A stretch of 61,627 nucleotides of DNA, counting the filler, from Candidatus Babelota bacterium (GTDB lineage Bacteria; JAGOBX01): assembly GCA_017999075.1 (NCBI GenBank). It is 7 parts of 7 records of this genome, joined end to end, with 100 filler letters (N's around TTAATTAATTAA, not from the genome) between each part and the next. Parts side by side here need not be neighbours in the genome. Positions count along the whole stretch, not along the records: positions 26,654 to 35,387 come from JAGOBX010000127.1; positions 35,488 to 44,192 come from JAGOBX010000128.1; 5 more parts are not named here. One strand, 5' to 3'. The stretch's first letter is position 1. Every line of letters starts with the position of its first letter. Below are positions 30,859 to 39,501 of the stretch, one piece after another. The notes under the pieces are model-generated. The model had not been told where the DNA came from. It made no database searches and was given only the letters and a program-made list of their open reading frames with translations. Made by a program: the position numbers and the translations under genes.

Positions 30859-33423
30859 ATGAAAAAAATATTTTTTTTTGCAATTTTATTTTTTCTTCAT
30901 ATAAATATAAATGCAAAAACAATTTATGTTTACAAATTCGGGGATAATTCCGATACTTTATCAGGAATTAAAGAAACTTCATTCAGCAATATTCAATCTG
31001 CTATTAATTCATCAGAAACAGGCGATACTATTTTTATCTTTGGAATTACTGAATTCTGGTACACTAAAACATTAAACATTACTAAATCAGGAATAAGTAT
31101 AATTGGTGAGGATTCTGCAAATGTAAATATTTATTATGATATTCCCAATACTACGGTTATAACCATCTTGGCAGATTCTGTTACTATAAAGAATGTTTCT
31201 GTTCAAAATGGACAATTCGGTCAAAATAATATCAAAATATCAAATTGTAAAAATATTTTAATTGAAAACTGTTATTTAAATTCATCATTTTTCTACGGAG
31301 GAGTTTTAATTGAAAATTCTTCAAATATCAAATTAAAAAATAACCTTATAATAAATGTTGGCGATTATGGTATAAGTATTTTAAATTCGGAAACAACTGA
31401 TATATCATTAAATAAAATTTATACTAATATATATGCAGTTTATTTAGAAAATTCAACAGATAATCGAATATATAATAATATTTTTAAATATAATAATTCA
31501 ACTGGAATTGTAATTAAAAATTCTTCCGATAATTTTTTTATAAACAATTCTCTTGAGTCTAACGGCGGTATCGGAATTTCATTATTAAATAATTCTTTAA
31601 ACAACATAATATATAACAACTTAATTACCTATTCTCTAAACAAACCCATATCCATAGAATCAGGTTGTACTAATAATTCTATTAAATATAATAATATGTT
31701 TAAAAACAAATATGGATTTACTGATGATATTCAGGCTCAATTTTCTGTATTGTCAAATGCAGATGATATGAAACCTAATTCTGATTCAATGCTTAATGGT
31801 TTTACCGGGTTAAGCAATGAAACCGGAATTTGTCCTGACATAGATATAAATTATGACTATATTTCAGATAATTCAAAACAAATATATAATATAGGATATT
31901 ACGGTTTTATAAATCCTTTCGAAATTCCTGTAAATTCAATTCCTTCATGTTCTTCTTTAACGGTTTCTACATCTAAATCTTATTTTGTAAATGATAAAAT
32001 ATTTATTTATGACACTCAACCTGCATTCACCTGGCATTTCACTGACGCTGACAACGATACTCAAACAGATTTTCATTTTCAAATTAGCAGATTTTCAGAT
32101 TTCAGCGTGATAGAACACCAAATACAAAAAATAGGTTATGGAACATTTTCCTATACTTTACCTGAAACTTGCGCATTAAATATTAATGGTGACTATTATT
32201 TCAGATTACGCGTCAATGACAACAGTTATAACCCAGAACGGACATGGAGTCCTTACGCTTCAGGAACGTTTTCTTTTATTTTAAATACACCCCCTTATGT
32301 TTCTATATTAAATGAAGATACTTTTACTTTTATTCAGCAGGGTTTTTCCTTAACATCGTTATGTTCCGATTCTGAATATAATATTGCTTCAATAAAATGG
32401 CAATGTCTTAATAACAGTTCTGTTCAAATATTGAATTCAACTTCAAATTATGCAACAATAAATTTTAATAACATTTCAGGAAGATTTATTTTCCAATGTA
32501 AAGTAACAGATATTTATGGAGAATACAATATTGACACCACAGTAGTAATTTATTCACCTGAATTAAATTATATTTTACCAAACGATACTTATATTTTAAC
32601 TGATACAACAACTTCATCTGCTTTTACTAAAACATTCATAAATTATAATATTACAGATACTGTAACATTGGATTTAAAAGTTTACAATGCCGGAACTCAT
32701 AATGGAAACTGGAAAATCAAAATAAAACAAAATGAATCAGGAGGATATTTTGTATTAAAAAAACCTGATAATATTCAACAATATAATAAAGGGAATGATT
32801 ATCTGACAGGTTTTGAAAATAGTTTTTTCACTATATTTGATTTTGAATATTACGATAAAAACGGAATTTCTTCAAATATACGTAATTCCAATTTATCAGG
32901 AATCGAACTTATTTACGAGTATAACGATACTTTTTCGAATTCTCTTTCTAATTCAAACTTATCTTTTTTTTATTTTGATGAAACAGATTCAAAATGGATA
33001 CCTGAACAGAATTATCTTCTCGATTTAAATGAAAAAATCATAAAATTAACTCCTTCTCATTTTTCTGTACGCGGAATTTTTTCACGAAATCTTTTTTCTC
33101 CACCAATTAATATTCTGCCGGAAATAATAGTTTATCCTAATCCTTTCATTCCAAATGACGGAAATTATCAAACAGGTAAAAAATACGACGGTTCACTTGG
33201 AACAGGAGTTTATTTTGGAGGGCTTCCTGATAATACCGAAATTGAAATTTACACAGTATCAGGTTCCCTTATATTTCAAACAAAATATGTCACAGGAAAC
33301 AATGGTTACTATCAATGGAATGTAAAAAATAACTCTGGTATAGAAATCGCTTCAGGAGTATATATTGTTTTATTTAAATATAACGTCGGTAAAACAGTAA
33401 AAAAACTTGCTATAATAAAATAA
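30859..33423 (+). CDS. Secreted protein with right-handed parallel beta-helix (NosD/CASH-like) repeats, Ig/PKD-like domains and T9SS-type-A/FlgD-Ig-like C-terminal domain
   Basis: Signal peptide; IQSAIN..GDTI; repeated GI-x-I-x-NS-x-N-N-x-I-x-N-N; C-terminus VYPNPF...IEIYTVSG...WNVKN..G..IASGVY...KLAIIK. Confidence 0.8.
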   Translation: MKKIFFFAILFFLHININAKTIYVYKFGDNSDTLSGIKETSFSNIQSAINSSETGDTIFIFGITEFWYTKTLNITKSGISIIGEDSANVNIYYDIPNTTVITILADSVTIKNVSVQNGQFGQNNIKISNCKNILIENCYLNSSFFYGGVLIENSSNIKLKNNLIINVGDYGISILNSETTDISLNKIYTNIYAVYLENSTDNRIYNNIFKYNNSTGIVIKNSSDNFFINNSLESNGGIGISLLNNSLNNIIYNNLITYSLNKPISIESGCTNNSIKYNNMFKNKYGFTDDIQAQFSVLSNADDMKPNSDSMLNGFTGLSNETGICPDIDINYDYISDNSKQIYNIGYYGFINPFEIPVNSIPSCSSLTVSTSKSYFVNDKIFIYDTQPAFTWHFTDADNDTQTDFHFQISRFSDFSVIEHQIQKIGYGTFSYTLPETCALNINGDYYFRLRVNDNSYNPERTWSPYASGTFSFILNTPPYVSILNEDTFTFIQQGFSLTSLCSDSEYNIASIKWQCLNNSSVQILNSTSNYATINFNNISGRFIFQCKVTDIYGEYNIDTTVVIYSPELNYILPNDTYILTDTTTSSAFTKTFINYNITDTVTLDLKVYNAGTHNGNWKIKIKQNESGGYFVLKKPDNIQQYNKGNDYLTGFENSFFTIFDFEYYDKNGISSNIRNSNLSGIELIYEYNDTFSNSLSNSNLSFFYFDETDSKWIPEQNYLLDLNEKIIKLTPSHFSVRGIFSRNLFSPPINILPEIIVYPNPFIPNDGNYQTGKKYDGSLGTGVYFGGLPDNTEIEIYTVSGSLIFQTKYVTGNNGYYQWNVKNNSGIEIASGVYIVLFKYNVGKTVKKLAIIK

Positions 33424-33445
33424 AAAACAATAAAATAAATAAAAT

Positions 33446-34825
33446 TTATTTTATTGTTTTTATGTATTCATCCATATATTTTGCAGCATTTAAACCTGCT
33501 CCCATAGCAAGAATTACAGTTGCTGCTCCTGTTACAATATCTCCGCCAGCGAATACTCCTGGTTTTGATGTTTTTCCTGTTGTTTCATCAGCTATTATAT
33601 AACCCCATTTATTCGTTTTTATGTCAGGCTGGTTTTCAACAGCTATAGGATTAGAAGATTGCCCTATTGCTATTATCGCAGTGTCAATATTCATAAAAAA
33701 ATTAGAATTTGGAATTTCTACTGGTTTTCTTCTTCCTGAAGAATCAGGTTCACCCAATTCCATCCTTATACATTCAACTCCCTTCACTCTATCTTCAGAA
33801 TCACCTGTTAATTTAAGTGGATTAGTCAAATAATTAAATATAATTCCTTCTTCTTCTGCATGTTTTACTTCTTCAGCTCTCGCAGGCATTTCATTTTTTG
33901 AACGGCGGTAAACACAATATACATTTTCAGCTCCAAGTCGTTTAGCGCATCTGCATGCATCCATAGCGACATTCCCGCCCCCAAAAACTACCACGTTTTT
34001 TCCTACACCTATAGGAGTATCATATTCAGGAAACTTATAACTTTTCATTAAATTAACCCTGGTTAAAAATTCATTAGCTGAATATACTCCTATTAAATTT
34101 TCTCCCGGTATATTTAAAAATTTAGGTAGTCCTGCGCCATTAGCCATAAATACCGCTTTAAATCCTGAATCAAATAATTCGTCTATCGTATAAATTTTTC
34201 CAATAACATAATTGCATTTTATTTTAACACCTAATTTAGAAATATAATCACATTCTTTTTCTACAATTTTTTTAGGAAGCCGGAATTCAGGAATACCGTA
34301 AGTCAACACTCCGCCAGGTTTGTTCAAAGCTTCAAAAACAGTTACAGAATAACCCATCTGTGCAAGATTGCTTGCAGCAGTCAATCCTCCAGGACCAGAA
34401 CCTATTACCGCAACATTAATATCATTTTTTGTTATATCAGGTATAAAAACTGTTTTTTCATTATCAGCCGCAAACCTTTCAAGCCTGCCTATAGAAACAG
34501 CTTCTCCCTTTTTCCCTAATACACATTCTCCTTCACATTGACTTTCCTGAGGGCAGACTCTACCGCATACTGCAGGCAGAGAATTCGTTTCTTTTATTTT
34601 TTTTGCGGCGGCATCATATTTTTTTTCACAAATTAGTTTTATGAATTCAGGTATCTGGACTTTTACCGGACATCCTTCAACACATTTAGGTTTCTTGCAT
34701 TGAAGACATCTCGCAGCTTCTGCCAAAGCTTGTTCTTCAGTAAATCCAAGCTCTACTTCTCCAAAATTTTTTACTCTAATTTCCGGTTTCTGAACCGGCA
34801 TCTCAATTTTACTTTTCTTAATCAT
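33446..34825 (-). CDS. NADPH-dependent glutamate synthase small-subunit-like flavoprotein (NfnB/SudA-type)
   Basis: RCLQCKKPKCVEGCP, CGRVCPQESQCE, GSGPGG, YGIPEFRLPK, GGGNVAMD, YRRS, AGGDIVTGAATVILAMGAG. Confidence 0.9.
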   Translation of the reverse strand: MIKKSKIEMPVQKPEIRVKNFGEVELGFTEEQALAEAARCLQCKKPKCVEGCPVKVQIPEFIKLICEKKYDAAAKKIKETNSLPAVCGRVCPQESQCEGECVLGKKGEAVSIGRLERFAADNEKTVFIPDITKNDINVAVIGSGPGGLTAASNLAQMGYSVTVFEALNKPGGVLTYGIPEFRLPKKIVEKECDYISKLGVKIKCNYVIGKIYTIDELFDSGFKAVFMANGAGLPKFLNIPGENLIGVYSANEFLTRVNLMKSYKFPEYDTPIGVGKNVVVFGGGNVAMDACRCAKRLGAENVYCVYRRSKNEMPARAEEVKHAEEEGIIFNYLTNPLKLTGDSEDRVKGVECIRMELGEPDSSGRRKPVEIPNSNFFMNIDTAIIAIGQSSNPIAVENQPDIKTNKWGYIIADETTGKTSKPGVFAGGDIVTGAATVILAMGAGLNAAKYMDEYIKTIK

Positions 34826-34856
34826 AAATTCATCTCTGCCTTTTTGATGAAATTTT

Positions 34857-35387
34857 TTATAAAACTTTTTTATTTTGAAAAATTATTGAATTAATTATTT
34901 CTTTTTTTATTTCACTGTCAATGAATATTGATTTCTGATTTTTAAAAATTTCAAGATTTTCATTACCAAATTTTGATATATTAAATTTTCCCAATAAATT
35001 ATTGTCCGAAAAAATTCTACAGACCAAGTTCCAATAACTTTCAGGAGAACCTATATCTGACCATAAATTATCACCCAAAAAAAAACCTTTAATTTTTTTA
35101 TTATTATCTGATTTAATTATTTCTTTATATAAATCTATAATATTAAAATAAATTTTTTCAGGCAATTGTTCGTATATTTCTTTTGAAATAACTGATATTC
35201 CGCTGAAAGTATATCCGATTTTAGACTGAGAATTAAATTCAATGATATTGCTTTCCTCATCTATTAAAACTCCATCCGTTTCTTTATTTTTTACTAAAGC
35301 AAGAGTAGCCCAATTTTTTCGGCTACTATGATATTCTATTAAAATATTTAAATCAATATCAGATATAATATCTGCATTATATACAAC
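34857..35387 (-). CDS. Sugar-phosphate nucleotidyltransferase (NTP_transferase family), 5'-truncated
   Basis: Open frame from the contig edge: VVYNADIISDIDL...YH...ATLAL...YTFSGISVI...WSDIGSPESY. Confidence 0.85.
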   Translation of the reverse strand, partial: VVYNADIISDIDLNILIEYHSSRKNWATLALVKNKETDGVLIDEESNIIEFNSQSKIGYTFSGISVISKEIYEQLPEKIYFNIIDLYKEIIKSDNNKKIKGFFLGDNLWSDIGSPESYWNLVCRIFSDNNLLGKFNISKFGNENLEIFKNQKSIFIDSEIKKEIINSIIFQNKKVL

Positions 35388-35487
35388 NNNNNNNNNNNNN
35401 NNNNNNNNNNNNNNNNNNNNNNNNNNNNNNNTTAATTAATTAANNNNNNNNNNNNNNNNNNNNNNNNNNNNNNNNNNNNNNNNNNNN
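35388..35487. other. Artificial contig linker
   Basis: N44-TTAATTAATTAA-N44. Confidence 0.99.
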
Positions 35488-35522
35488 AGGCATATATTTT
35501 ATTACCGGCACCGCTTAAATTT

Positions 35523-36521
35523 TTAAATTAATTTTATTCTGGTTATAGGCCAGTATATTATTAAAGGTTTGCCTTTTATTAAATTGTATGGAACGTATCC
35601 CCAAAACCTTGAATCACTGCTGTTATCGCGGTTATCCCCCATAGCAAAATAACAGTTTTCAGGCATAACATATTTTGATACAGGTTTTCCGTCAAGCCTT
35701 ATATCTTCAATTATGAATTTAGCATTCTTTTTAAAATGCCTGTATTCATCTTCAAATACTGCAATTTGCTTTAATTCAAGCGAATCAACAGGAAAATCCC
35801 CGTGAATCAATTCTATTTTTTCTTTTAGAATATTGTCGTAATAAAATTTTATTTTATATTCGAATTTGATCTTTTTATATTTGAAATAATTTTCAAGACA
35901 GAATAATTCGTAAAAATTAAGTTTGTTGATTTCAATTTCATCATTTTGTTTCGGCACTCTAACAGGACCAAAAAAATCGCGTTCTCTGAGAAGATTGTTT
36001 TCAGAATGAATGGCTTCTTGTAAATTTTCTTTTTTTCCATTAATATATGTTTCTTTATTTATAATCTGTATTGTGTCCCCGGGAAGACCTATAGCACGCT
36101 TTATAAAATCACGTGGTCTGTAATATTTGAAAATATCTGTAATTCCGTCATATTTAGTGTTTAAAAATATAGGAGTTAAAATGATATTTTTATAGTTGTT
36201 GGATGTATCAGGATAATCTGAATCATGAGGATATTTGAATACAATAATATCGTTTCTTTCAATATCAGTAAGTTTATAAATAAACCGATTAACCAAAATA
36301 TGGTCTTTAATAAGAAGAGTTGCTTCCATAGAAGAAGATGGAATATAAAATGCCTGTATGATTGTTTCTTTTATAATAAGAGCCATAATTCCTGCTACAA
36401 ATATAGTTTCAATCCAGTCGCGTAAAATCGATTTTTCTTTTTTGGGTTTGCGCAGCCAATTATAAAATTTTTCCCAAACAGATTTTTTTTCAGTATCGCA
36501 ACAAACATTATTATTTTTCAA
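35523..36521 (-). CDS. lepB: Signal peptidase I
   Basis: TM, IPSSSM (catalytic Ser), DFIKR (catalytic Lys), GLPGD, MGDNRDNSSDSRFWG; TTG start with SD GAGGGA. Confidence 0.95.
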   Translation of the reverse strand: MKNNNVCCDTEKKSVWEKFYNWLRKPKKEKSILRDWIETIFVAGIMALIIKETIIQAFYIPSSSMEATLLIKDHILVNRFIYKLTDIERNDIIVFKYPHDSDYPDTSNNYKNIILTPIFLNTKYDGITDIFKYYRPRDFIKRAIGLPGDTIQIINKETYINGKKENLQEAIHSENNLLRERDFFGPVRVPKQNDEIEINKLNFYELFCLENYFKYKKIKFEYKIKFYYDNILKEKIELIHGDFPVDSLELKQIAVFEDEYRHFKKNAKFIIEDIRLDGKPVSKYVMPENCYFAMGDNRDNSSDSRFWGYVPYNLIKGKPLIIYWPITRIKLI

Positions 36522-36537
36522 AATTAGTCCCTCTTTT

Positions 36538-37449
36538 TTATTCGATATTTAAAGTAAATATAAAATGTTTATTATCCCTCAGAATATCGAGGGTAATATA
36601 TTTTTCATTTTTCATATTATCCCATAATTTAACGCCTTTTTCGACGCTGTCAACAGGTCTGCCGTTTATTGAAGTTATTACATCGTTTATTTTAATTCCG
36701 AAATACCTTGAAATTACACTGTTTTCAGCAATTTGATTAAAACGTATTCCAATCATTTTTTTATCGACAAAATATGGAACAATATTAGTTGTAGTTAAAA
36801 TTTTTTCAAGTTCTTTATAAAGAAAAGTATCTATTTCATCCCGTGTTAAATTTATGGTATGGGATTTTACTGAATTGTCAGGAGAACCATAACCTTTAGA
36901 TTGAGGAATTTCTATTTTTTGATTTGGTCCTGTTTTATATTCAGGACGCTTGAATGCTTCTGAATTGGCAGCATTTTTCTTTTTAATTTCACTTCGCATA
37001 ATAAATTTATTTTTATTGATATCTTCTAATGCGATTTCAAATCTTTTAATCTCGATTATTTTCATATTATCAATATAATCGCCTGTTTTTTTGGAAATTT
37101 TTTGTCCTGAAGATTTTTCAAGTATTATAGCAGACGACTTGGTTCCGTATCCGGAAATTGTTCCTAACAATTCGTAATTTGAGTTATTGAATTCAATAGA
37201 ACTGATTTTTTCAGACTGTTTTCCTGAATCAGGTTTACTTAATTCTATTCCGAATATTTTTGACCATATTTCTATTGAAGGATCTGATGGCCTGGTATTT
37301 AATATAAATGAACCTGAATCGGATTTGTTGAAGTAAGGAACTTCTTTATTTTCTGAATTTTTTTCAGTGAAATAAATAATAATATTAAATAATATTGCGA
37401 AAATTATTAAAGATAATCCGGCATTTAAATGATTAATTTTTGTTTTCAT
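36538..37449 (-). CDS. Type II secretion system protein C-like (HR domain + PDZ)
   Basis: N-terminal TM, YELLGTI...SAII HR domain, C-terminal PDZ (GIRF...GIKINDVITSING...ILRD). Confidence 0.75.
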   Translation of the reverse strand: MKTKINHLNAGLSLIIFAILFNIIIYFTEKNSENKEVPYFNKSDSGSFILNTRPSDPSIEIWSKIFGIELSKPDSGKQSEKISSIEFNNSNYELLGTISGYGTKSSAIILEKSSGQKISKKTGDYIDNMKIIEIKRFEIALEDINKNKFIMRSEIKKKNAANSEAFKRPEYKTGPNQKIEIPQSKGYGSPDNSVKSHTINLTRDEIDTFLYKELEKILTTTNIVPYFVDKKMIGIRFNQIAENSVISRYFGIKINDVITSINGRPVDSVEKGVKLWDNMKNEKYITLDILRDNKHFIFTLNIE

Positions 37450-38161
37450 AATTAAGTTCCGCATCGCTGACTTTAATATATAAAGGCATTAAACTGAAAG
37501 CATCTGAAAAATCACAGCTCTCAATTTTTTTTTTAATTGAATTTACAAGTATTCCGCAGTTTTTTTCGGTTAATTCAAAATAAGATATATTTGCATAATT
37601 CTGCGAGTTTTCCAATTTTTTGATTTCTTTAACGCAATTTATATGACAGGATAAATAATTATTCTTACATGAAATAATATTTTTCAGTTTTTCTGTTTCA
37701 ATAATGAAATTTTCTTTTACCGGAGAAAAAAAATTGTTATTTTCAGCCATTAACTCTGAACAGTAAAACATTCCGCCTCCCGAATTAATGATTCCGTATA
37801 AATGAATGTTTTTTTTAAAAAAAGATTGATTCATCAATTGTTCTGCGCCGAAATCCAAAGCCAGATTCAAATTATTGAGAGTAATGATTTTTTTATTGAA
37901 AACATAAGCAAATGATCTTATTGCGGCGATGGATATTCTTATTCCGGTAAAAGTTCCAGGGCCTTCTGAAACAGCAAAATAATCAATATCCTTTAATTCT
38001 AAATTCTCTTTTTTTAAAGTTTCGTCTATAAGGGGCATAAGTTTATAGGAATGCCTGATTTTTCTTTCGTCTTGGTAATATGAAATTCGGTTACCCTTTA
38101 TAAGAATAACTATACAATTTTCAAAAGATGTATCAAAAAATAATATATTAGAAGTTATCAT
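37433..38161 (-). CDS. tsaB: tRNA threonylcarbamoyladenosine biosynthesis protein TsaB
   Basis: LFFDTS, HS, GPGTFTGIRI, PLYIK. Confidence 0.92.
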   Translation of the reverse strand: MITSNILFFDTSFENCIVILIKGNRISYYQDERKIRHSYKLMPLIDETLKKENLELKDIDYFAVSEGPGTFTGIRISIAAIRSFAYVFNKKIITLNNLNLALDFGAEQLMNQSFFKKNIHLYGIINSGGGMFYCSELMAENNNFFSPVKENFIIETEKLKNIISCKNNYLSCHINCVKEIKKLENSQNYANISYFELTEKNCGILVNSIKKKIESCDFSDAFSLMPLYIKVSDAELNYENKN

Positions 38162-38177
38162 AAGTTGAATTTTTAGT

Positions 38178-39383
38178 TTATATCTTGAAATTTATCAGTA
38201 AAACGCTTATATCATCATTAAAATCATCTTTATTTTCGTTTACCGCTACAAGATAATTGTACAGCATATTTTTTATATGTTTTACACTTTTGTCAATAAG
38301 TTTATCCGAACAAAGAAATTGTCTTATTATTTCCGGTTCCATAATAATTTCATTGTTGCCATCATTATAAGCAATATCAAGAATGCCGTCTGTATAAATT
38401 ATTAGTTTATCTTCTGTTCCTAATTTTATTGTTTTATCGGCATATTCTGCATCATAACTTAATCCAAGAGGCAGTCCGAACGATTCAATTATATTAATTT
38501 TATTTTCTGATTTGTCATAAAAAAAAGGAAAAGGGTTTCCTGCCGAAGAATAAATCAATTCTTTAGTGATTGAATGATAAAAACCGATAAACATGGTTTG
38601 ATAAAATAATTCAATGTTTTTTAATGAGTCTATATAAAAGTTATTTAATAATTTTAAAAAATGAGACGGAGAATTATGAGAATAAATGTGTGTGGTAATA
38701 AAACTTTTTGTCAATGCGACTTTTAATGAAGTTGATAATCCATGACCTGCAATATCGCCGACTATAAAAGCATATAAATTGTTTTTTAGCGGAATAACAT
38801 CGATATAATCTCCGCCTAAATTGAAATGAGGGCAAAAAATATAATCCACTTCAAAAAAATTATTTTCAATGTAGGTATTTAAAACCAGGTTATTATGAAC
38901 ATTTCTTGCAAGATCAAGTTCTTTCCAGTATTTTTTATTCAGTTTTTTTAATTTGGCGTTTGATGATTTTAGATCGTTTAAACTTGATTTTAACTTTAAC
39001 TGGGTTTTTACCCTCATTATAAGTTCAGTTTTGTTGAACGGTTTTACAATATAATCTGATGCACCGCATTCGTAAGCTGTTGAAACAGATTGTTCATCCG
39101 CATAATTTGTAACAAATATTACTGCTATGTCTGAAGAAAAATATTCTTTTTTTAAATACCTTGAAATATTATAACCGTTTAATCCGCTTTCAAGACCCAC
39201 TCCTATAAGGCATAAATCAGGAATATAACCCTTTTTTAATTCCTGAATAAAAATATTCCCGCTTTGAAACATAGAAATGTTTGCTTCTATATCCGATAAT
39301 GACAGTATCTTGTTTAAAATACTTGAACTTATGTTATCATCATCAATAATAGCCAAAACAAATTTTTCAGAGTTCATATCCAC
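38178..39383 (-). CDS. Receiver-like domain fused to PP2C (SpoIIE/RsbU) phosphatase
   Basis: REC fold (IIDDD, DYIVKPF) with the acceptor Asp replaced by Gly; coiled coil; PP2C motifs GGDY, GDIAGHG, YTDG, DDIS. Confidence 0.9.
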   Translation of the reverse strand: MDMNSEKFVLAIIDDDNISSSILNKILSLSDIEANISMFQSGNIFIQELKKGYIPDLCLIGVGLESGLNGYNISRYLKKEYFSSDIAVIFVTNYADEQSVSTAYECGASDYIVKPFNKTELIMRVKTQLKLKSSLNDLKSSNAKLKKLNKKYWKELDLARNVHNNLVLNTYIENNFFEVDYIFCPHFNLGGDYIDVIPLKNNLYAFIVGDIAGHGLSTSLKVALTKSFITTHIYSHNSPSHFLKLLNNFYIDSLKNIELFYQTMFIGFYHSITKELIYSSAGNPFPFFYDKSENKINIIESFGLPLGLSYDAEYADKTIKLGTEDKLIIYTDGILDIAYNDGNNEIIMEPEIIRQFLCSDKLIDKSVKHIKNMLYNYLVAVNENKDDFNDDISVLLINFKI

Positions 39384-39464
39384 GGTAAACTAATTACAGC
39401 AAATTTAATAGCGGTAAATTTCTATCCTGAAATAACACAATTAATAAATTTCAGGATTAAACAA

Positions 39465-39493
39465 TTGCTAAATTTACAATTTTATATTATAAT
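39465..39493 (+). promoter_or_regulatory. Sigma70-type promoter for murJ
   Basis: TTGCTA (39465-39470)-N17-TATAAT (39488-39493), 8 nt before the ATG. Confidence 0.45.
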
Positions 39494-39501
39494 AATAAAA
39501 T

